This document shows, in pieces, positions 9,685-19,057 of a stretch of DNA of 64,000 nt (position 1 is its first letter; every line of letters begins with the position of its first letter). This DNA is from an uncultured Phycisphaerales bacterium. Lineage in GTDB: Bacteria > Planctomycetota > Phycisphaerae > Sedimentisphaerales > Anaerobacaceae. The notes under the pieces are model-generated. The model ran no database searches, was not told where the DNA came from, and saw only the letters and a program-made list of their open reading frames with translations. Location: contig OY970359.1 of the NCBI GenBank assembly GCA_963718665.1, forward strand, positions 2,048,001 through 2,112,000. Reading direction: 5' to 3'. The position numbers and the translations under genes were made by a program.

Positions 9685-10500
9685 ATGGTTGTTGACTGCC
9701 ATACGCATATTCGAAGCGCAAGTATGCAAAATCTTGACGCCTCGGAGCATCTCGCCGCAGCCGATGTGGTTGATAAATGCATTATTCTGGCATCCAGTTT
9801 GCCAAGTGATGTTGTCGGTGGTGGTGAGCAGGACAGTTCCTCCGAACAGGTCAACAAACATTTGAGCCAGTACGTCACTCGATACGAACGGAAAATGATT
9901 GGCTTTGCCTTCATCGACCCTCTCACCGATGGCGTCGGCGTTAAAAACCTCAAGGCATCCACTGAAAAACTCGGCCTCAAAGGCCTCGTCCTCTATTGCT
10001 CACAATCCGCCTTTCACCCCGCCCACACCAGGGCGATGCGGCTGTACGAATCCGCCCAGGATTTGCACCTGCCCGTCTTCTTTCACAATACCTCCGTCGG
10101 CCAGGGAGGCATCCTCGAATACGCCTACCCATTCCTCCTCGACGAGGTTGCCCGCACCTTCCCGGAGCTCAAAATCATCGTGGGCAATATGGGCTTCCCA
10201 TTTTATGAACAAACCCTCTGCCTTGTTGCCAAACACAAAAACGTCTTCGCTGACCTCTCCGTAAAACCCGGCAACGTCTGGCAGATTTATAATGTCGTTG
10301 CCTCCGCTTATGAGCAGGGTGTGATGGATAAGCTCCTCTTCGGCAGCGCCTTCCCCGCCGCCAAGGCGGAGGATTGTATGGAGGCCCTTTTTGGCTTCAA
10401 TAAGCTTTTGGCAGGCGCAAATCTCCCTGTCGTCCCCCGCTCGGCCATCCAGAGTGTTATCGAACGCGAAACCCTTAAACTCCTCGGCATTGAAAAATAG
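9685..10500 (+). CDS. amidohydrolase family 2 protein (some catalytic residues altered)
   Basis: VDCHTH, LPVFFH, FPELKII, NVFADLS and KLLFGSAFP motifs. Confidence 0.8.
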   Translation: MVVDCHTHIRSASMQNLDASEHLAAADVVDKCIILASSLPSDVVGGGEQDSSSEQVNKHLSQYVTRYERKMIGFAFIDPLTDGVGVKNLKASTEKLGLKGLVLYCSQSAFHPAHTRAMRLYESAQDLHLPVFFHNTSVGQGGILEYAYPFLLDEVARTFPELKIIVGNMGFPFYEQTLCLVAKHKNVFADLSVKPGNVWQIYNVVASAYEQGVMDKLLFGSAFPAAKAEDCMEALFGFNKLLAGANLPVVPRSAIQSVIERETLKLLGIEK

Positions 10501-10511
10501 AACTTGGAACT

Positions 10512-12044
10512 ATGGTTCATCATTTGTTCAAAAGAAAGTCGCTGGGGTTGCTGCATGAGGAAATGAAGGGTGACAATCGCCTGAGAAGGATCCTTGGCCC
10601 ATGGTCGCTGACAAGTTTGGGAGTTGGCTGCATCATAGGTGCTGGCATATTTGTTATCACTGGCTACGTCGCTCATTTCAAAACCGGCCCTGCGCTGTTG
10701 CTCTCCTTCGTTGTGGCGGGGATGGCCTGTATATTTTCCGCGTTGTGTTACGCTGAATTCGCCTCGATGGCCCCGGTCGCCGGCTCTGCTTATACCTATG
10801 CTTATGCTACTCTCGGCGAATTGCTCGCCTGGATAATCGGATGGGACCTTATTCTTGAATACACCGTGGCTTCCGCCTCCGTAGCCCACGGCTGGTCGAA
10901 ATACTTTCAGAATTTTATCGGGATGTTCCATATCAAAGTTCCGCTACTCTTCTCCGGTGCTCCCTTTGACTACAATCCCTCCAGCGGAATCTTTATGCAA
11001 ACGGGAAGTTTATTCGACCTCCCGGCCCTCGTTATCGTCGCCATTATTACTATCGTCCTGGTGATTGGCATACATGAAAGCTCGCGCTTTAATAACGTGA
11101 TGGTGGCAATCAAGGTCTCTGTGGTGGTTCTCGTCATTGTTGTCGGGGCGTTTTATGTCAAAGCCGCCAACTGGCATCCCTTCGCTCCGTTTGGCTGGGC
11201 AGGACTGAGCATTTTCGGCAAGACCTTCTGGGGACAGACCGGCGCGGACGGCGCGCCTGTTGGAATGCTCGCCGGTGCCGCGATGATATTCTTCGCCTAC
11301 ATCGGGTTTGATTCGGTTTCGACTCATGCCGAAGAGGCGCGCAATCCTCAGCGTGATGTCCCCATAGGAATCATCGCCTCTCTTATTATTTGCACCGTCT
11401 TGTATATTGCCGTCACAATCGTCCTCACCGGCATGGTCCCCTATGACCAGATTGATACCGATGCCCCTGTCGCTGCGGCGTTCCAGCGCGTCGGTCTGTA
11501 CTGGGGGCAGTTTGTCATCTCCCTTGGCGCCGTCGCCGGTATCACTTCCGTTATGCTCGTGCTTATGCTCAGTCAGCCCCGCGTCCTTCTCGCGATGTCT
11601 CGGGATGGTTTGCTTCCCCCCTCGTTTTTCGCCGCTGTACATCCCCGATTCCGCACGCCCTGGAAATCGACCATTCTTACGGGTATCGCTGTCGGCTCTA
11701 TGGCCTCGCTTATCCCCCTCGGCATACTCGCCGAACTGGTCAATATCGGCACACTTCTTGCCTTTGTCATCGTCTGTACCGCTGTCCTCGTCATGCGATA
11801 TATAAATCCGCAGGCACACCGCCCATTCCGTTGTCCGTTCGTACCGGTAATTCCGCTCTTGGGCGTATTGTTTTGCCTCGTTCTGATGTTCTCTCTTCCC
11901 TCTGCCAACTGGCTCCGATTGTTTATATGGATGTCCGTGGGCGTTATTATTTATTTCCTGTATGGCCGCCATCATAGCGTTTTAGCTCGCCACAGGGCCG
12001 CTGAGCGTCTTACCCACAAAGACAACTATACCTGGCAGGATTAA
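10512..12044 (+). CDS. APC family amino acid permease (CAT-like)
   Basis: GCIIGAGIF, ALCYAEFA, GSAYTY and FFAYIGFD motifs. Confidence 0.92.
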   Translation: MVHHLFKRKSLGLLHEEMKGDNRLRRILGPWSLTSLGVGCIIGAGIFVITGYVAHFKTGPALLLSFVVAGMACIFSALCYAEFASMAPVAGSAYTYAYATLGELLAWIIGWDLILEYTVASASVAHGWSKYFQNFIGMFHIKVPLLFSGAPFDYNPSSGIFMQTGSLFDLPALVIVAIITIVLVIGIHESSRFNNVMVAIKVSVVVLVIVVGAFYVKAANWHPFAPFGWAGLSIFGKTFWGQTGADGAPVGMLAGAAMIFFAYIGFDSVSTHAEEARNPQRDVPIGIIASLIICTVLYIAVTIVLTGMVPYDQIDTDAPVAAAFQRVGLYWGQFVISLGAVAGITSVMLVLMLSQPRVLLAMSRDGLLPPSFFAAVHPRFRTPWKSTILTGIAVGSMASLIPLGILAELVNIGTLLAFVIVCTAVLVMRYINPQAHRPFRCPFVPVIPLLGVLFCLVLMFSLPSANWLRLFIWMSVGVIIYFLYGRHHSVLARHRAAERLTHKDNYTWQD

Positions 12045-12290
12045 GCTCTTGTCTATAAAAAAACAGCCGACGTTTGAGGAACGCCGGCCGTTCATCCTAG
12101 TGAAAAACAGTTTTTCGAACTATGGTACTCTTTATACACTACGAGTGGATGAAACCCCTATTGGGAATTTGCTTATTACAAATTAGGCGATTGCTTAGGT
12201 GGCCATACGAAAAATTTTCTTTATTATTTGTTGAAAGCGCAAGGCAGGTATGGATAGAATTAGAGGAATAATTAAAGATTGGAGGCAAAT

Positions 12291-13043
12291 ATGAATCGCA
12301 GAACATTTTTGAAAAGCGTGCCCGCCCTGACGCTGCTGGCCGCGGCAAAGCCGAGTTTTGCTGAGGACATCAACGCAATATCCACTCCCGCCCGCGACAC
12401 AAATACAGTGATTCCTTCCGTGTCTGACCTTCAGCCAATCGCGCTTGTGCCTCCCCAAATGGATGGCGGCAAAAGCGTCCTTGCGGCCCTGAAAGAAAGG
12501 AAAACCATACGCGACATTCGCGACGAGAAGCTCCTCCCCCAGATGCTTTCTAATCTTCTCTGGGCGGCCTGGGGCGTGAATCGCAAGAGCGGGCCGTTCG
12601 GCCAGATTGGAAGGACCGCCGCCTCAGCAAGCAATTCTCAGGAAATAGACCTTTACGTCGTTTTGCCCGAAGGAACATACATCTACGAGCCGGTCAACCA
12701 TCGTCTTTATCCTGTCGTCGCGGGCGACCTGCGTCCAAAGGTCAGTGCCCACGGCCGCAACGGCTCAATGACGAAAGCCCCGGTAATTCTCATCTATGTC
12801 GTTGATATCGCCAAATACGGCAAGTCCCGATTGCAGGAGCCCGGCCTGAGAGATATGGAGATACAAAAATCTTATTACAACGTTGCGACCGGCCTCATTG
12901 CGGGAAATGTTTATTTGTTCGCCGCCTCCCAGGGTCTGGCCGCGTGGTTCCACAACTGTAATAAGCCGGCGCTCGCCGCGGAATTGACACTCCGCCCCCA
13001 GCAACGCGTCCTCTATGCCCAGACCGTCGGCTTACCGGCATAA
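12291..13043 (+). CDS. SagB/ThcOx-like nitroreductase family protein with Tat signal peptide
   Basis: MNRRTFLK...AKPSFA signal; LSNLLWAA and RTAASASN motifs; GGAGG before the ATG at 12291. Confidence 0.8.
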   Translation: MNRRTFLKSVPALTLLAAAKPSFAEDINAISTPARDTNTVIPSVSDLQPIALVPPQMDGGKSVLAALKERKTIRDIRDEKLLPQMLSNLLWAAWGVNRKSGPFGQIGRTAASASNSQEIDLYVVLPEGTYIYEPVNHRLYPVVAGDLRPKVSAHGRNGSMTKAPVILIYVVDIAKYGKSRLQEPGLRDMEIQKSYYNVATGLIAGNVYLFAASQGLAAWFHNCNKPALAAELTLRPQQRVLYAQTVGLPA

Positions 13044-13072
13044 GTTCAATCTCGCTAATTTGCCGTGAAACA

Positions 13073-13689
13073 TTAGTCGATAGTCGTTTGTATTTCGACG
13101 TTGTAATCTTCCCGCGGGAAATTCAGCCGGGCAAATTCGCCATGGTACTTTATGGCCGCCGCGTCGTATGCCCTTGCTGCTTCGATTTCGGAATCGAAGC
13201 GTCCAAGCCATATACTCTTATTGTTATTGCGGATGGTAGTGACCCATAAGCCCCTGCTCTTTTCAAAAGAAACCCCGATATATTGCGATGAGGTTTTTAT
13301 TTTCATCTTTTTCCTGTTGCTCATGTTCTGCGAGTGGGTTGCTAATCGCAGGTTGCTCCTTCGATTATCCAGAGGGTCCGTGTTTCTGTGGTCAACAAGA
13401 GACCCCTTTGGATGGTTCATTATTTCCCTGTGCATCGAAACCATCACTGCCCCTTTTTTTAACGTATCGACGAACCGTATTGCGTATGTCTTGCCGAAGC
13501 ATGTTTCGCGCACCATCCGAAGTTGCCTAATCGGTAATAATCCTCCTCATCCACAACCGCGAATTTCCCGTCCGTCAGCTCTATCTTGCGATACCCCTCT
13601 CCGTCCTTCCATTTCCGCCACATTACCACTGGCCACGCGCAAACCCTGTCTAACCAGTTTGGAACGTTGATTGTTAAGTTAACTTTCAT
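13073..13689 (-). pseudogene. HNH endonuclease-AP2 domain protein, frameshifted near 13505
   Basis: The N-terminal part (MKVNLTIN...IELTDGKFAVVDEEDY) and the C-terminal part (MHREIM, VDHRN..LDNRRSNLR, WLGRFDSEIEAARAYD) are in different overlapping frames. Confidence 0.8.
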
Positions 13690-13771
13690 ATCCTTATCCA
13701 CCTCCTTGTCCCCGAGTGTCTGCTCACTTGGCAGGCAACAGGGGACCCATTTTTTCGTAGCTTTGCGGAGA

Positions 13772-13808
13772 CCCCCGCGTCTCGTTTTGCAAAGCAAAAC
13801 GGCGGGGG
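13772..13808. repeat. 37-bp palindromic element, copy 1
   Basis: cccccgcgtctcgttttgcaaagcaaaacggcggggg; an inverted copy at 21104-21140 differs only in the loop. Confidence 0.8.
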
Positions 13809-13816
13809 CATACTTT

Positions 13817-13853
13817 ACTACACTAACCACTAACGACTAACCACTAACGACTA
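13817..13853. repeat. heptamer tandem array (ACTAAC[C/G])n
   Basis: actaacc-actaacg-actaacc-actaacg-acta. Confidence 0.75.
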
Positions 13854-14325
13854 TGGATAGACCCACGAGGTCTCTCCATAATTGGCGCGAACTTGCGCGC
13901 TTTTGACGAAAACTAAGGTATTTCCTGATGGGGTCAAAATTGATAAGTCCTTATGCCGCAAAGAGTAAAAAAATTTTATTTTTTTTGCATCTAAGGGTTT
14001 TCGACCTGCGCGAAAATGGATAACAGTTGTATCATACAACTGTATCAAACAAGTGTATCAAACGACTGTTCGTATCCAGAATTTAAGCCCTTATAACCAA
14101 AGAGGTTACAGCAAAAATGACCACGAAAAAAGAGCGGTTTTTAAGCCACAAAAATGCACAAAAAACACACAAAAAATAGCCCTTCTCCGACAGGCACTTA
14201 TTGATAACTGCTTAATAAAATAATGGGGTTACGTTGCTTTTTGATGTCCCCATAGCCGCTATTTTTTCATGCGAAAATTAGCGCCCAAGTGAACGCCGCT
14301 TGCCCCAGCAATAAAGTTGCTGGGG

Positions 14326-14934
14326 TTATAATTTTATGAATTTGGCTAAAAATCTTGGCCTTGCGTAAAACGCCCTTGATGTGGAACCGTGTCCGGCACC
14401 TTTTGTCCTCGGCTGGATATAATATCCCATTTTTCCTGTCAAAGCGCTAAATCCTTTATCAGGATCGAGCAAAGTACTTTGGACAAGATCGTAATCTGCT
14501 TTCACAGCATCATACAATTCGCCATGTAAATCAAATTCTATAACAGAATGAATATAGCTTGGCTCATCAACGTTTTTGCCGACGGTCCTCGCCACAACCA
14601 CTATTTTCCTAAGCTTTGCGAGAAGATGGCTTTCTTCAAACTCCTTCTGGCAAACATTCACAGGATCGATCATCGTAATCGCCATCGTTTCTTTGAACGC
14701 AATTTCCCCGCTTTTTTTGTACTTGAGCGGAATCGATTTTAATTCCCATGAACCAAAATTAGGAGATTGAGCCGAATTAAGGGGCATTTCAAGATAACGC
14801 TCAAATACATGTCCAGCCCAGCCCTTGTTCACTTTCCCATCCTGGTATATCGTTACATTATATTTATGAGCAAGCTCGTGAAGCTCTTTGCCGACAAGCT
14901 TTTTTAGATTCTTTATGGCCTCTGCTCTCTCCAT
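14326..14934 (-). CDS. MutH/Sau3AI-like single-domain PD-(D/E)xK endonuclease
   Basis: NKGWAGHVFE, ELKSIPLK, KETMAIT and QPRTKG...RAFYAR motifs of the MutH/Sau3AI fold. Confidence 0.8.
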   Translation of the reverse strand: MERAEAIKNLKKLVGKELHELAHKYNVTIYQDGKVNKGWAGHVFERYLEMPLNSAQSPNFGSWELKSIPLKYKKSGEIAFKETMAITMIDPVNVCQKEFEESHLLAKLRKIVVVARTVGKNVDEPSYIHSVIEFDLHGELYDAVKADYDLVQSTLLDPDKGFSALTGKMGYYIQPRTKGAGHGSTSRAFYARPRFLAKFIKL

Positions 14935-14946
14935 TGTATCTCTCGC

Positions 14947-15777
14947 CTATAAAGCCAATTCGCACACTTCCTTGGGATTTAAAAAGGTCGCTTGTTCCAA
15001 AACGTCTTGGATTCTTGGAATTGCCATATGGTCAAGATATTTTTGTTCCAAATCAATACCAACGAATTTTCTGTTATTCCTCAACGCCACTACGCCCGTT
15101 GTAGCGCTGCCGCAGAAAGGATCAAGAACAATATCACCTTCTTTGCTTGTTGCTAAAATGATTCTCTCTAATAATGCTTCCGGCTTCTGTGTGGGATGCT
15201 TGCCATATTTTTTCTCGCCATTTTTAGGAGTTGCTATTGCCCAGACGCTTCTCATTTGCTTGTTGGGTTTTTTTATAAAGTCCTCGCCCCAATTTCTATC
15301 CTTCACCAGTCTATAGTTGAAATAATGCTTTGCTTTTTTGTCTTTTCTGGCCCACAACAGTGTTTCATGGCTTGCGGTGAACATTCGACAGGCAAGATTC
15401 GGGGCTGCGTTCGGCTTAAACCAGCAAATATCATTTACAAGATGCCATTCTTGTTTCTGTAAGGCGAACCCGCATGCGTAAATAGAATGGTAAGTGCCTG
15501 ATATCCACAAAGAACCGCTTGGCTTCAATACACGACGACAGGCCTCAATCCAGTTGTAATGAAATTGGAAATCTTCTTCTATTCCTTTGCTTTTATCCCA
15601 GTTGCCTTTATTGACACTTACACGTTTGCCTGCATGACAGGTAAATCCGCCGTTGGAAAGGTTATAAGGCGGATCTGCGAAGATTAAATCAATACTTTCA
15701 GCTGGCAGGTCGTTTAACACTTCAACTGCATCGCCATTGAAAATTCTTACGTTTGTTCTTTTATAGTATGTTTGCAT
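14947..15777 (-). CDS. beta-class N6A/N4C DNA methyltransferase, DpnA-like
   Basis: IFADPPYNLSNGG, VSVNKG.WD, HPTQKP and LDPFCGS motifs; ATG at 15777 follows the upstream stop. Confidence 0.88.
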   Translation of the reverse strand: MQTYYKRTNVRIFNGDAVEVLNDLPAESIDLIFADPPYNLSNGGFTCHAGKRVSVNKGNWDKSKGIEEDFQFHYNWIEACRRVLKPSGSLWISGTYHSIYACGFALQKQEWHLVNDICWFKPNAAPNLACRMFTASHETLLWARKDKKAKHYFNYRLVKDRNWGEDFIKKPNKQMRSVWAIATPKNGEKKYGKHPTQKPEALLERIILATSKEGDIVLDPFCGSATTGVVALRNNRKFVGIDLEQKYLDHMAIPRIQDVLEQATFLNPKEVCELAL

Positions 15778-15779
15778 TT

Positions 15780-16319
15780 CTACTTTTGCAATTTTTTTAA
15801 TAATTCCTCTATGTCTTTCCAACACCTTGCACGTCCATCGTATGGCGGAGGGTAATTAACATCTTCCTGCCCCCATATCCATTTATAAGCTCTTATCAGT
15901 GCTTCAGGACTTTCTCCTGTTTGGTTCCCTGAATTCAATTGAGCTATCAATGCATCATCGAGTTCTTTGCCATTATACACTTCTTCAAGAGCCTTTAAAA
16001 CTTTTATAGCATGATTAGGGTTGGATTTGGACTTTTCTTCTAAATCTTCATATATCTGCTTATGGGTAATTTGCCACAACTGATCGGGGGGAGTAAATAT
16101 GAAAACTAAAAAATCATCTTTTTTGATATTACCAAAAGGTCGTTTCCCGCCTGGTTTTGCAATTACAATCTTTCTGCCGTCGCAAAGTTTTTCAACTTCA
16201 TAACCTCTGTATTCAATCTGTTCTATACATTTAGCAAATTCTCTTGGAGGGCGATTCTCAATCCGTAGTTCTTTTAAGTCTATGCTATGCGTATATATGT
16301 TTTTTCGTTTTGAGGGCAT
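15780..16319 (-). CDS. hypothetical protein, first gene of the RM-like operon
   Basis: 179-aa AT-rich ORF ending 2 nt before the MTase start; contains KWIWGQEDVNY. Confidence 0.7.
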   Translation of the reverse strand: MPSKRKNIYTHSIDLKELRIENRPPREFAKCIEQIEYRGYEVEKLCDGRKIVIAKPGGKRPFGNIKKDDFLVFIFTPPDQLWQITHKQIYEDLEEKSKSNPNHAIKVLKALEEVYNGKELDDALIAQLNSGNQTGESPEALIRAYKWIWGQEDVNYPPPYDGRARCWKDIEELLKKLQK

Positions 16320-16517
16320 TTGTTTTTTTCCACTGCGTAAATCGCCACAAATATTTTATTTGCCCGATTATCTGATTCTACGGTTTAAGGAAAAAACAAA
16401 CAAGGCAATTTTGGGAACTGCGTAAACAACGCCTAATGTTTTATATCTTGCGTTTCAACTAACAACATTCTTTAGTCCCTTCCGGGTTCCCCGTGGCCAG
16501 TCGGATGCTGTTACTAT

Positions 16518-17357
16518 TTATTTTCCGCCTAATTTTTTGCCGGATTTGGGCGGCAAATAATTCTCCGCAGAAACAATACGTCTGCCTGTTTTTTCTTCCA
16601 GTTCGAGGCGAGCTTTCCCTGCAATGCGTCTGCCTTTTTTGCCGGCCACTTCGTTTTCCGGCAATCCTCTGGCCTTCATAGTTTCAGCAATCTGACGGGT
16701 TGAAAGTTCCGCCAATGCGGTAAAAATCAATTCCGCTTCGCTCATATGGTCGCGCAGGTTCTGCGTCTTCAATCCTTTGATGTTTTTATGCTCTTTTACC
16801 GTTACGCCGGACCACTCTTGATGAATGATATTGGTGAGAATGGCAAACTCTTCGTCTTTTGTGATTTCGTGGTCTTTCCAGTAGTCGGTGAGCTTATTGC
16901 GGGTTTCCTGCCCCATCATCCGCTGCTGTATCCATTTTTCGCTGCGTCCGTGCTTTTGCCAGTTTTCTCTCGCTCTGTCAATCGACCTTGCCGGGTCGGC
17001 CATTTCCTGCATTCGCTCATAACCCACCTTGGCAAGCCATAGTTTAATCGGCTCGGCCTTGGGGCTTGGAACGGATTGAATCAGCCGCAGCAGGGTTTCG
17101 GGATTGGCAACATCGGTAAGGTATTTCTTCCCATCAGCCGCTTCTAATTTCAGTTGGTGACAATTTGTCACCGACTCACTGCCTTCCTTTCCTAACCGTT
17201 CTTTCAGCTTATTCCAGTACTTTCTGGCTGTTTGATAGTCCGGCTGCTGTATCAACGCCTGAATAATATCCACCACCGAAAAAAACCATGTTTCGGTCTT
17301 TTCATCGTATATCCGGCGGATTTTGTATCCTTCAAAAATCGCCAATGAGTTCGCCAT
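16518..17357 (-). CDS. Bro-N domain protein (antirepressor-like)
   Basis: IRRIYD..WFFSVVD, YWNKLKERL, RLIQSVPSPKAEPIKLWLA and NLRDHMS motifs. Confidence 0.88.
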   Translation of the reverse strand: MANSLAIFEGYKIRRIYDEKTETWFFSVVDIIQALIQQPDYQTARKYWNKLKERLGKEGSESVTNCHQLKLEAADGKKYLTDVANPETLLRLIQSVPSPKAEPIKLWLAKVGYERMQEMADPARSIDRARENWQKHGRSEKWIQQRMMGQETRNKLTDYWKDHEITKDEEFAILTNIIHQEWSGVTVKEHKNIKGLKTQNLRDHMSEAELIFTALAELSTRQIAETMKARGLPENEVAGKKGRRIAGKARLELEEKTGRRIVSAENYLPPKSGKKLGGK

Positions 17358-17390
17358 GGGATTCCCTTTAAAAACTCCTGCTTCCCTGTG

Positions 17391-17439
17391 TTTTCAACCG
17401 GTTACATTTTGTAACCGACTCACTTCCCTCTTTCCTTAA
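17391..17439 (-). repeat. diverged 49-bp copy of a Bro-N internal segment containing a palindrome
   Basis: Minus-strand aggaaagagggaagtgagtcggttacaaaatgtaaccggttgaaa versus internal aggaaaggaaggcagtgagtcggtgacaaattgtcaccaactgaaa (about 17147-17195). Confidence 0.75.
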
Positions 17440-17771
17440 AAAACAGTTTTAACCAAACCCACTTTATCCCGTGAGATAACCTGTTCTCAGAAGGTCGAAA
17501 TACCATTATCGCATCCTAATTTGTCGCCAGTATATCCAAAGTATCGCATAGTATCTCATGGGGTAAACTATAGAATTTCAGAAAGGAAGTGTCAACCCTC
17601 CTTTGTTGAAATTACGGAGGGTAGGCGGTTGAGCATTTGAACAGTGGAACAGGAGAGGAAGGGAGAAGATAGTGTTTAGTTTTTAGTTAGAGGATTCGAC
17701 CGGAAGAAAAAAACATGCGGAATCCGTCCGCCGTAAGGCGAGACCTCGCCAAGGGCGGGCGTAATCAGCGT

Positions 17772-18101
17772 CTAAAAACGGGACAGGGTCTGTCGCAGCG
17801 AAGGCAAGTCGCTGTGGATGATTTGCCAGATAATCTGAAGGTCAATGCCGAAATAGTCGTGGATGATTCTATTTCGCAGGCCGACGACTTTATGCCATTC
17901 CACCTGCGAATGTTTTTCTTTGAAATCATCGGGCAGCCGATTCGCGGCCTCGCCAATAATCTCGAGGTTCCTGACGACGGCATCGATGGTTTTCTGGTCG
18001 TTTGAAAAAGATTCGAAAGACATTCCCTCGATATACTGAATGACGTGGTCGATTGCCTCGAGTATGTCGCTTAGCAGTAAATTGACGGGACGATTAGACA
18101 T
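17772..18101 (-). CDS. HEPN (DUF86) RNase toxin
   Basis: DAVVRNLEIIGEAA and RNRIIHDY (Rx4H) motifs. Confidence 0.92.
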   Translation of the reverse strand: MSNRPVNLLLSDILEAIDHVIQYIEGMSFESFSNDQKTIDAVVRNLEIIGEAANRLPDDFKEKHSQVEWHKVVGLRNRIIHDYFGIDLQIIWQIIHSDLPSLRQTLSRF

Positions 18102-18384
18102 AAATCAGTTCCGGCTCTATGTATTTCATCGCTTTGGGCGTAACCGCCCGGCTTGATACAAGGTCAACGGAAACGCCGAGCATCTGCTCGATTCTTTCCG
18201 CCAGTGTGACAAAATCCAGACCTATCGAAGGGTCAACCTCGACAAGTATATCCACATCGCTATCGACCCGCTGGTCGCCTCTGGCGTATGACCCGAATAA
18301 GGCCATTTTGCTGACCTTAAACTTTTTTTGCAGCTCGGGCTTATCTTTGGCGAGGGCTTTGAGTATCTCTTCTTTTGTTGTCAT
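18094..18384 (-). CDS. MNT nucleotidyltransferase antitoxin
   Basis: LFGSYARG...SDVDILV motif; overlaps the HEPN gene start. Confidence 0.92.
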   Translation of the reverse strand: MTTKEEILKALAKDKPELQKKFKVSKMALFGSYARGDQRVDSDVDILVEVDPSIGLDFVTLAERIEQMLGVSVDLVSSRAVTPKAMKYIEPELIYV

Positions 18385-18504
18385 GGCTTCACTGTCCGAA
18401 ATAGTCGTTTTAATCGTATTCTCTGCCCGGCATTATAAATCTTTTCGCCTGTACGGTCAATCTTGCCGGGACGTTAATCACGAATTTAAATTCTTCGTGA
18501 TAAA

Positions 18505-18537
18505 ACAAAAAAAGGCACGGTAAAATCCGTGCCTTTA
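18505..18537. terminator. intrinsic terminator
   Basis: aaaaaaaggcacgg-taaaat-ccgtgccttt downstream of the minus-strand ORF ending at 18581. Confidence 0.65.
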
Positions 18538-18576
18538 CTGTACGCTGAACGCTATACGCTGTCCGCTACACGCTGA
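18538..18576. repeat. heptamer array (CGCT[GA][AT][AC])n
   Basis: tacgctg-aacgcta-tacgctg-tccgcta-cacgctg; the same family occurs at 19337 and inside proA. Confidence 0.75.
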
Positions 18577-18580
18577 TTAT

Positions 18581-19057
18581 TTAGTTGAGAATTGAGTCGC
18601 CTTCGGCCTGTCCGCAGGGGACCAGTCGCTTCATCTGTCGCTCATAGAGTATATTGTTCTGCTCGATGAGATGTGCGATGAGGCCGACCTCGCTGAGCAT
18701 AATCTCGATGAGGCCCATATTTGCCATAGTGGATTCGGGACTGTAGTTGGGCAGGACAACCATTATGTAGCCGCAATCGCTGCGTTCGGTGGCCAGACCT
18801 GTTATGACCAAACTGAAGTCGTTGACGTTTGCGATGATTGGTTCCTGGCCGTCGTTGATTTTGGCGCAAAGTTCTTTGATGTAGCCGTCGGTGATGCCTA
18901 ATTTTGTAAATCCTTCGGCGTCGCTCGGCCAGCAGTTGCCCTCTTTGCTGATAATTACCATCATTGGCCCTTCTTCAGGCAGCAAATCGAATACCTGGCG
19001 TGCAATCTGTTCGTTTAGGATGCAACTATGCGAATACGATGAGCCGAACATATCCAT
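18581..19057 (-). CDS. hypothetical protein, possible small sensory (GAF/PocR-like) domain
   Basis: 158-aa ORF preceded by AAGGAG; the fold assignment is a guess. Confidence 0.6.
   Translation of the reverse strand: MDMFGSSYSHSCILNEQIARQVFDLLPEEGPMMVIISKEGNCWPSDAEGFTKLGITDGYIKELCAKINDGQEPIIANVNDFSLVITGLATERSDCGYIMVVLPNYSPESTMANMGLIEIMLSEVGLIAHLIEQNNILYERQMKRLVPCGQAEGDSILN

Noticed and set aside
11010..11975. long antisense ORFs (also 7821-8651, 32564-33268, 40354-41058, 43628-44596)
   Set aside because: Shadow frames opposite well-supported genes, with no recognisable motifs.
17147..17439. DGR template/variable repeat pair
   Set aside because: Differences are not confined to adenines, the repeat is short, and no reverse transcriptase gene is in the window.
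17529..17560. AGTAT repeats at 10-11 nt spacing
   Set aside because: Only three short degenerate units, too weak to call a binding site.
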